Of a stretch of 64,000 nt of DNA, positions 54,148-64,000 are shown piece after piece (the stretch's first letter is position 1; every line of letters starts with the position of its first letter). The notes under the pieces were generated by a model that had not been told where the DNA came from, made no database searches, and saw nothing but the letters and a program-made list of their open reading frames with translations. A program made the position numbers and the translations under genes. The DNA is from Eledone cirrhosa. Its lineage: Eukaryota. The DNA lies in NCBI GenBank assembly GCA_964016885.1, contig OZ024744.1:104098001-104162000 (forward strand). Direction: 5' to 3'.

Positions 54148-57100
54148 ATATGGTTTATAACAGAGATGTATAGGAAGGGATAGCTGACAGAATTTGGTTT
54201 ATAACAGTTGAAGGTAGACTATCTAGAGATATATAGGCAGGGATAGCTCACAGAATATGGTTTATAACAGCTGAAGGTAGACTATCTAGAGGTATATAGG
54301 ATGGGATAGCTCACAGAATGTAGTTTATAACAGTTGAAGGTAGACTGTCTAGAGATGTATAGGAAGGGATAGCTCACAGAATATGGTTTATAACAGTTGA
54401 AGGTAGACTGTCTAGAGATATATAGGAAGGGATAGCTCACAGAATGTGGTTTATAACAGTTGAAGGTAGACTGTCTAGAGATGTATAGGAAGGGATAGCT
54501 CACAGAATATGGTTTATAACAGTTGAAGGTAGACTGTCTACAGATATATAGGAAGGAATAGCTTACAGAATATGGGTTATAACAGTTGAAGGTAGACTGT
54601 TTAGAGATGTATAGGAAGAGATAGCTCACAGAATATGGTTTATAACAGTTGAAGGTAGACTGTCTAGAGGTATATAGGAAGGGATAGCTCACAGAATTTG
54701 GTTTATAACAGTTGAAGGTAGACTATCTAGAGATGTATAGGAAGGGATAGCTCACAGAATATGGTTTATAACAGTTGAAGGTAGACTGTCTAGAGGTATA
54801 TAGGAAGGGATAGCTTAGAGAATATGGCTTATAACAGTTGAAGGTAGACTGTCTAGAGGTGTTAGGAAGGGATAGCTTACAGAATATGGTTTATAACAGT
54901 TCGAGGTAGACTCTGTCTAGAGCTGTACAGGAAGGGATAGCTCACAGAATATGGTTTATAACAGTTGAAGGTAGACTGTCTAGAGATATTTAGGAAGGGA
55001 TAGCTCACAGAATATGGTTTATAACAGTTGAAGGTAGACGCTGTCTAGAGATGTAGAGCAAGGGATAGCTTACAGAATATGGTTTATAACAGTTGAAGGT
55101 AGACTGTCTAGAGATATATAGGAAGGGATAGCTTACAGAATATGGTTCATAACTGTTGAAGGTAGACTGTCTAGAGATGTATAGGAAGGGATAGCTCACA
55201 GAATATGGTTTATAACAGATGAGGTAGACTGTCTAGAGATATATAGGATGGGATAGCTCACAGAATATGGTTTATAACAGTTGAAGGTAGACTGTCTAGA
55301 GATGTATATGAAGGGATAGCTCACAGAATATGGTTTATAACAGTTGAATGTAGATTGTCTATAGATATATAGGCAGGGATAGCTGACAGAATATGGTTTA
55401 TAACAGTTGAAGGTAGACTCTGTCTAGAGATATATAGGAAGGGATAGCTCACAGAATATGGTTTATAACAGTTGAAAGTAGACTGTCTAGAGATATATAG
55501 GAAGGGATAGCTGACAGAATATGGTTTATAACAGTTGAAGGTAAACTGTCTAGGGATATATAGGAAGGGATAGCTCACAGAATATGGTTTATAACAGTTG
55601 AAGGTAGACTGTCCAAAGGTATATAGGATGGGATAGCTCACAGAATATGGTTTATAACAGTTGAAGGTAGACTGTCTAGAGATGTATAGGAAGGGATAGC
55701 TCACAGAATATGGTTTATAACAGTTGAAGGTAGACTGTCTAGTGGTATATAGGAAGGGATAGCTCACAGATTATGGTTTATAACAGTTGAAGGTAGACTG
55801 TCTAGAGGTATATAGGAAGGGATAGCTCAGAGAATATGGCTTATAACAGTTGAAGGTAGACTGTCTAGAGGTGTTAGGAAGGGATAGCTGACAGAATACG
55901 GTTTATAACAGTTGAAAGTAGACTCTGTCTAGAGATATATAGGAAGGGATAGCTTACAGAATATGGTTTGTAACAGTTGAAGGTAGACTGTCTAGAGGTG
56001 TTAGGAAGGGATAGCTGACAGAATATGGTTTATAACAGTTGAAGGTAGACTTTGTCTAGAGATATATAGGAAGGGATAGCTTACAGAATATGGTTTATAA
56101 CAGTTGAAGGTAGACTGTCTAGAGGTATATAGGAAGGGATAGCTCACAGAATATGGTTTATAACAGTTGAAGCTAGACTGTCTAGAGATATTTAGGAAGG
56201 GATAGCTCACAGAATATGGTTTATAACAGTTGAGGATAGACTGTCTAGAGATATATAGGAAGGGATAGCTCACAGAATATGGTTTATAACGGTTGAAGGT
56301 AGACTGTCTAGAGTTATATAGGAAGGGATAGCTGATAGAATATGGTTTATAACAGTTGAAGATAGACTGTCTAGAGATATATAGGAAGGGATAGCTCACA
56401 GAATATGGTTTATAACAGTTGAAGGTAGACTCTCTCTAGAGATGTAGAGCAAGGGATAGCTTACAGAATATGGTTTATAACAGTTGAAGGTAGACTGTCT
56501 AGAGGTATATAGGAAGGGATAGCTCACAGAATATGGTTTATAACAGTTGAAGGTAGACTCTCTCTAGAGATGTAGAGCAAGGGATAGCTTACAGAATATG
56601 GTTTATAACAGTTGAATGTAGATTGTCTATAGATATATAGGAAGGGATAGCTGACAGAATATGGTTCATAACAGTTGAAGGTAGACTCTGTCTAGAGATA
56701 TATAGGAAGGGATAGCTCACAGAATATGGTTTATAACAGTTGAAAGTAGACTGTCTAGAGATATATAGGAAGGGATAGCTGACAGAATATGGTTTATTAC
56801 AGTTGAAGGTAGACTGTCTAGGGATATATAGGAAGGGATAGCTCCCAGAATATGGTTTATAACAGTTGAAGGTAGACTGTCTAGAGATGTATAGGAAGGG
56901 ATAGCTGATAGAATATGGTTTATAACAGTTGAAGGTAGACTGTCTAGAGGTATATAGGAAGGGATAGCTCACAGAATATGGTTTATAACAGTTGAAGGTA
57001 GACTGTCTAGAGATGTATGGGAAGGGATAGCTTACAGAATATGGTTTATAACAGTTGAAGGTAGAATCTGTCTAGAGATATATAAGAAGGGACATCTCAC

Positions 57101-60100
57101 AGAATATGGTTCATAACAGTTGAAGGTAGACGGTCTAGAGGTGTATAGGAAGGGATAGCTTACAGAATATGGTTTATAACATTTGAAGGTAGAATGTCTA
57201 GATATGTATAGGATGGGATAGCTTACAGAATATGGTTTATAACAGTTGAAGGTAGAATGTCTAGAGATGTATAGGAAGGGCTAGCTGACAGAATATGGTT
57301 TATAACAGTTGAAGGTAGACTGTCTAGAGGTATATAGGGTGGGATAGCTCACAGAATATGGTATATAACAGTTGAACGTAGAATGTCTAGAGATATATAG
57401 GAAGGGATAGCTGACAGAATATGGTTTATCACAGTTGAAGGTAGACTGTCTAGGGATATATAGGAAGGGATAGCTCCCAGAATATGGTTTATAACAGTTG
57501 AAGGTAGACTGTCTAGAGATGTATAGGAAGGGATAGCTGATAGAATATGGTTTATAACAGTTGAAGGTAGACTGTCTAGAGGTATATAGGAAGGGATAGC
57601 TCACAGAATATGGTTTATAACAGTTGAAGGTAGACTGTCTAGAGATGTATGGGAAGGGATAGCTTACAGAATATGGTTTATAACAGTTGAAGGTAGAATC
57701 TGTCTAGAGATATATAAGAAGGGACATCTCACAGAATATGGTTCATAACAGTTGAAGGTAGACGGTCTAGAGGTGTATAGGAAGGGATAGCTTACAGAAT
57801 ATGGTTTATAACATTTGAAGGTAGAATGTCTAGATATGTATAGGATGGGATAGCTTACAGAATATGGTTTATAACAGTTGAAGGTAGAATGTCTAGAGAT
57901 GTATAGGAAGGGCTAGCTGACAGAATATGGTTTATAACAGTTGAAGGTAGACTGTCTAGAGGTATATAGGGTGGGATAGCTCACAGAATATGGTATATAA
58001 CAGTTGAACGTAGAATGTCTAGAGACATATAGGATGGGATAGCTTACAGAATAAGGTTTATAACAGTTGAAGGTAGACTGTCTAGAGATGTATGGGAAGG
58101 GATAGCTTACAGAATATGGTTTATAACAGTTGAAGGTAGAATCTGTCTAGAGATATATAAGAAGGGACATCTCACAGAATATGGTTCATAACAGTTGAAG
58201 GTAGACGGTCTAGAGGTGTATAGGAAGGGATAGCTTACAGAATATGGTTTATAACATTTGAAGGTAGAATGTCTAGATATGTATAGGATGGGATAGCTTA
58301 CAGAATATGGTTTATAACAGTTGAAGGTAGAATGTCTAGAGATGTATAGGAAGGGCTAGCTGACAGAATATGGTTTATAACAGTTGAAAGTAGACTGTCT
58401 AGAGATATATAGGAAGGGATAGCTGACAGGATATGGTTTATAACAGTTGAAGGTAGAATGTCTAGAGATATATAGGAAGGGATAGCTTACAGAATAAGGT
58501 TTATAACAGTTGAAGGTAGACTGTCTAGTGATGTATAGGAAGGGATAGCTCACAGAATATGGTTCATAACAGTTGAAGGTAGACTGTCTAGAGGTGGAGG
58601 GGAAGGGATAACTTACATAATATGGTTTATAACAGTTGAAAGTAGACTGTCTAGAGGTATATAGGAAGGGATAGCTCACAGAATATGGTTTATAACAGTT
58701 GAAGGTAAACTGTCTAGAGGTGTAGGGGAAGGGATAACTTACATAATATGGTTTATAACAGTTGAAGGTAGACTGTCTAGAGATGTATAGGAAGGGATAG
58801 CTTACAGAATATGGTTTATAACAGTTGAAAGTAGACTGTCTAGAGATATATAGGAAGGGATAGCTGACAGGATATGGTTTATAACAGTTGAAGGTAGAAT
58901 GTCTAGTGGTATATAGGAAGGGATAGCTCACAGAATGTGGTTTATAACAGATGAAGGTAGACTGTCTAGAGATATATAGGAAGGGATAGCTGACAGAATA
59001 TGGTTTATAACAGTTGAAGGTAGACTGTCTAGAGATATATAGGAAGGGATAGCTCACAGAATATGGTTTATAACAGTTGAAGGTAGACTGTCTAGAGATA
59101 TGAAGGAAGGGATAGCTCACAGAATATGTTTTATAACAGTTGAAGGTAGACTCTGTCTAGAGGTATATAGGAAGGAATAGCTTACAGAATATGGTTTATA
59201 ACAGTTGAAGGTAGACTGTCTAAAGATATATAGGAAGGGATAGCTGACAGAATATGGTTTATAACAGTTGAAGGTAGACTGTCTAGAGATATATAGGAAG
59301 GGATAGCTCACAGAATGTGGTTTATAACAGTTGAAGGTAGACTGTCTAGAGATGTATAGGTAGGGATAGCTCACAGAATATGGTTTATAACAGTTGAAGG
59401 TAGACTGTCTACAGATATATAGGAAGGGATAGCTTACAGAATATGGGTTATAACAGTTGAAGGTAGACTGTCTAGAGGTGTTAGGAAGGGATAGCTTACA
59501 GAATATGGTTTATAACAGTTCAAGGTAGACTCTGTCTAGAGCTGTACAGGAAGGGATAGCTCACAGAATATGGTTTATAACAGTTGAAGGTAGACTGTCT
59601 AGAGATATTAAGGAAGGGATAGCTCACAGAATATGGTTTATAACAGTTGAAGGTAGACTCTGTCTAGAGATGTAGAGCAAGGGATAGCTTACAGAATATG
59701 GTTTATAACAGTTGAAGGTAGACTGTCTAGAGATATATAGGAAGTGATAGCTTACAGAATATGGTTCATAGCTGTTGAAGGTAGACTGTCTAGAGATGTA
59801 TAGGAAGGGATAGCTCACAGAATATGGTTTATAACAGTTGAGGTAGACTGTCTAGAGATATATAGGATGGGATAGCTCACAGAATATGGTTTATAACAGT
59901 TGAAGGTAGACTGTCTAGAGATGTATATGAAGGGATAGCTCACAGAATATGGTTTATAACAGTTGAATGTAGATTGTCTATAGATATATAGGCAGGGATA
60001 GCTCACAGAATATGGTTTATAACAGTTGAAGGTAGACTCTGTCTAGAGATATATAGGAAGGGATAGCTCACAGAATATGGTTTATAACAGTTGAAAGTAG

Positions 60101-63100
60101 ACTGTCTAGAGATATATAGGAAGGGATAGCTGACAGAATATGGTTTATAACAGTTGAAGGTAAACTGTCTAGAGGTATATAGGATGGGATAGCTCACAGA
60201 ATATGGTTTATAACAGTTGAAGGTAGACTCTGTCTAGAGATATATAGGAAGGGATAGCTCACATAATATGGTTTATAACAGTTGAAGGTAGACTGTAGTT
60301 GTATATAGGAAGGGATAGATTACAGAATATGGTTATTAACAGTTGAAGGTAGACTGTCTAGAGGTATATAGGATGGGATAGCTCACATAATATGGTTTAT
60401 AACAGTTGAAGGTAGACTCTGTCTTGAGGTATATAGGAAGGGATAGCTTACAGTATATGGTTTATAACAGTTCAAAGTAGACTGTCTAGAGATATATAGG
60501 AAGGGATAGCTGACAGAATATGGTTTATAACAGTTGAAGGTAGACTCTCTCTAGAGCTGTACAGGAAGGCATAGCTGACAGAATATGGTTTATAACAGTT
60601 GAAGGTAGACTGTCTAGTGATGTATAGGAAGGGATAGCTCACAGAATATGGTTCATAACAGTTGAAGGTAGACTGTCTAGAGGTGTAGGGGAAGGGATAA
60701 CTTACATAATATGGTTTATAACAGTTGAAAGTAGACTGTCTAGAGGTATATAGGAAGGGATAGCTCACAGAATATGGTTTATAACAGTTGAAGGTAGACT
60801 GTCTAGAGGTGTAGGGGAAGGGATAACTTACATAATATGGTTTATAACAGTTGAAGGTAGACTGTCTAGAGATGTATAGGAAGGGATTGCTTACAGAATA
60901 TGGTTTATAACAGTTGAAAGTAGACTGTCTAGAGATATATAGGAAGGGATAGCTGACAGGATATGGTTTATAACAGTTGAAGGTAGAATGTCTAGAGATC
61001 TATAGGAAGGGATAGCTGACAGAATATGGTTTATAACAGTTGAAGGTAGACCGTCCAGAGATGTATGGGAAGGGATAACTTACAGAATATGGTTTATAAC
61101 AGTTGAAGGCAGACTATCTATAGGTGTATAGGAAGAGATAGCTCACAGAATATGGTTTATAACAGTTGAAGGTAGACTGTCTAGAGATGTATAGGAAGGG
61201 CTAGCTCACATAATATGGTTGATAACAGTTGAAGGTAGACTGTCTAGTGGTATATAGGAAGGGATAGATTACAGAATATGGTTATTAACAGTTGAAGGTA
61301 GACTGTCTAGAAGTATATAGGATCGGATAGCTCACATAATATGTTTTATAACAGTTGAAGGTAGACTCTGTCTTGAGGTATATAGGAAGGGATAGCTGAC
61401 AGAATATGGTTTATAACAGTTGAAAGTAGACTGTCTAGAGATATATAGGAAGGGATAGCTGACAGAATATGGTTTATAACAGTTGAAGGTAGACTGTCGA
61501 GAGATATATAGGAAGAGATAGCTCACAGAATATGGTTTATAACAGTTGAAGGTAGACTGTCTAGAGATGTATAGGAAGGGCTAGCTCACATAATATGGTT
61601 GATAACAGTTGAAGGTAGACTGTCTAGTGGTATATAGGAAGGGATAGATTACAGAATATGGTTATTAACAGTTGAAGGTAGACTGTCTAGAAGTATATAG
61701 GATCGGATAGCTCACATAATATGTTTTATAACAGTTGAAGGTAGACTCTGTCTAGAGGTATATAGGAAGGGATAGATTACAGAATATGGTTTATAACAGT
61801 TGAAGGTAGACTCTCTCTAGAGCTGTACAGGAAGGGATAGCTGACAGAATATGGTTTATAACAGTTGAAGGTAGACTGTCTAGTGGTATATAGGAAGGGA
61901 GAGCTCCCAGAATATAGTTTATAAGAGTTGAAGGTAGACTGTCTACAGGTATATAGGAAGCGATAGCTCACAGAATATGGTTTATAACAGTTGAAGGTAG
62001 ACTGTCTAGAGATATATAGGAAGGGATAGCTGACAGGATATGGTTTATAACAGTTGAAGGTAGAATGTCTAGAGATATATAGGAAGGGATAGCTTACAGA
62101 ATAAGGTTTATAACAGTTGAAGTTAGACTGTCTAGAGATATATAGGAAGGGATAGCTCACAGAATATGTTTTATAACAGTTGAAGGTAGACTCTCCAGAG
62201 ATGTATGGGAAGGGATAACTTACATAATATGGTTTATAACAGTTGAAGGCAGACTATCTATAGGTGTATATGAAGGGATAGCTCACAGAATATGGTTTAT
62301 AACAGTTGAAGGTAGACTGTCTAGAGATGTATAGGAAGGGCTAGCTCACATAATATGGTTTATAACAGTTGAAGGTAGACTGTCTAGAGATGTATAGGAA
62401 GGGCTAGCTCACATAATATGGTTGATAACAGTTGAAGGCAGACTATCTATAGGTGTATATGAAGGGATAGCTCACAGAATATGGTTTATAACAGTTGAAG
62501 GTAGACTATCTATAGGTGTATAGGAAGAGATAGCTCACAGAATATGGTTTATAACAGTTGAAGGTAGACTGTCTAGAGATGTATAGGAAGGGAGAGCTCC
62601 CAGAATATAGTTTATAAGAGTTGAAGGTAGACTGTCTAGAGGTATATAGGAAGCGATAGCTCACAGAATATGGTTTATAACAGTTGAAGGTAGACTGTTT
62701 AGAGATATATAGGAAGGGATAGCTGACAGGATATGTTTTATAACAGTTGAAGGTAGAATGTCTAGAGATATATAGGAAGGGATAGCTTACAGAATAAGGT
62801 TTATAACAGTTGAAGTTAGACTGTCTAGAGATCTATAGGAAGGGATAGCTCACAGAATATGTTTTATAACAGTTGAAGGTAGACTCTCCAGACATGTATG
62901 GGAAGGGATAACTTACATAATATGGTTTATAACAGTTGAAGGCAGACTATCTATAGGTGTATATGAAGGGATAGCTCACAGAATATGGTTTATAGCAGTT
63001 GAAGGTAGACTGTCTAGAGATGTATAGGAAGGGCTAGCTCACATAATATGGTTTATAACAGTTGAAGGTAGACTGTAGTGGTATATAGGAAGGGATAGAT

Positions 63101-64000
63101 TACAGAATATGGTTATTAACAGTTGAAGGTAGACTGTCTAGAGGTATATAGGATGGGATAGCTCACATAATATGGTTCATAACAGTTGAAGGTAGACTCT
63201 GTCTTGAGGTATATAGGAAGGGATAGCTTACAGAATATGGTTTATAACAGTTGAAAGTAGACTGTCTAGAGATATATAGGAAGGGATAGCTGACAGAATA
63301 TGGTTTATAACAGTTGAAGGTAGACTGTCGAGAGATATATAGGAAGGGATAGCTGACAGAATTTGGTTTATAACAGTTGAAGGTAGACTGCCTAGAGATG
63401 TATAGGAAGGGCTAGCTCACATAATATGGTTTATAACAGTTGAAGGTAGACTGTCTAGTGGTATATAGGAAGGGATAGATTACAGAATATGGTTATTAAC
63501 AGTTGAAGGTAGACCGTCTAGAGGTATATAGGATAGGATAGCTCACAGAATATGGTTTATAACAGTTGAAGGTAGACTGTCTAGAGATATATAGGAAGGG
63601 ATAGCTCACATAATATGGTTTATAACAGTTGAAGGTAGACTCTGTCTTGAGGTATATAGGAAGGGGTAGCTGACAGAATATGGTTTATAACAGTTGAAGG
63701 TAGACTCTGTCTAGAGATGTATAGGAAGGGATAGTTTACAGAATATGGTTTATAACAGTTGAAGGTAGACTGTCTAGAGATATATAGGAAGGGATAGCTG
63801 ACAGGATATGGTTTATAACAGTTGAAGGTAGAATGTCTATAGATATATAGGAAGGGATAGCTTACAGAATAAGCTTTATAACAGTTGAATTTAGACTGTC
63901 TAGAGATCTATAGGAAGGGATAGCTGACAGGATATGGTTTATAACAGTTGAAGGTAGAATGTCTAGAGATATATAGGAAGGGATAGCTTACAGAATAAGC
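54148..64000. repeat. 63-bp satellite (65-bp variants), >150 copies, runs off the window
   Basis: GATAGCTCACAGAATATGGTTTATAACAGTTGAAGGTAGACTGTCTAGAGATATATAGGAAGG tandem units. Confidence 0.97.

Noticed and set aside
54148-54300. 63-bp unit as a trimer of the 21-bp satellite
   Set aside because: Only a short TCTAG/ATATA resemblance; no internal 21-nt periodicity is visible in the 63-mer.
54282-62160. ORFs of (SYPFLYISRQSTFNCYKPYSV)n
   Set aside because: Translation of the 63-bp satellite, repeatedly broken by +2 frameshift variants.

Overview
AT-rich, repeat-dense eukaryotic intronic DNA. The SINE, RTE and MITE repertoire resembles coleoid cephalopods such as Octopus (inference). The only host gene is a + strand WD40-repeat gene of the WDR49/WDR95/WDY-like family. 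Eight internal GT-AG exons (2322-53586, 898 nt) splice into one uninterrupted reading frame, and both ends of the gene lie outside the window. About 60% of the window is intronic satellite: a 29-bp array (6.7 kb), a 21-bp array (21 kb, interrupted by a CR1-type LINE), a 61-bp array and a 63-bp array (>9.8 kb). Notable observations: (1) three hammerhead-ribozyme-like motifs of the minimal Penelope type in the first 2.1 kb, one on the host sense strand with intact stems and one with a compensatory U3-A8 core; (2) several arrays grew inside identifiable transposons, including about 230 Pol III A-box units ahead of a single B-box in one SINE and a 61-bp array inside a LINE ORF2 end; (3) inverted TE pairs closely flank two exons. 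The very long ORFs in the ORF track are satellite artefacts. All coordinates, folds and copy numbers were worked out by eye and need computational confirmation.
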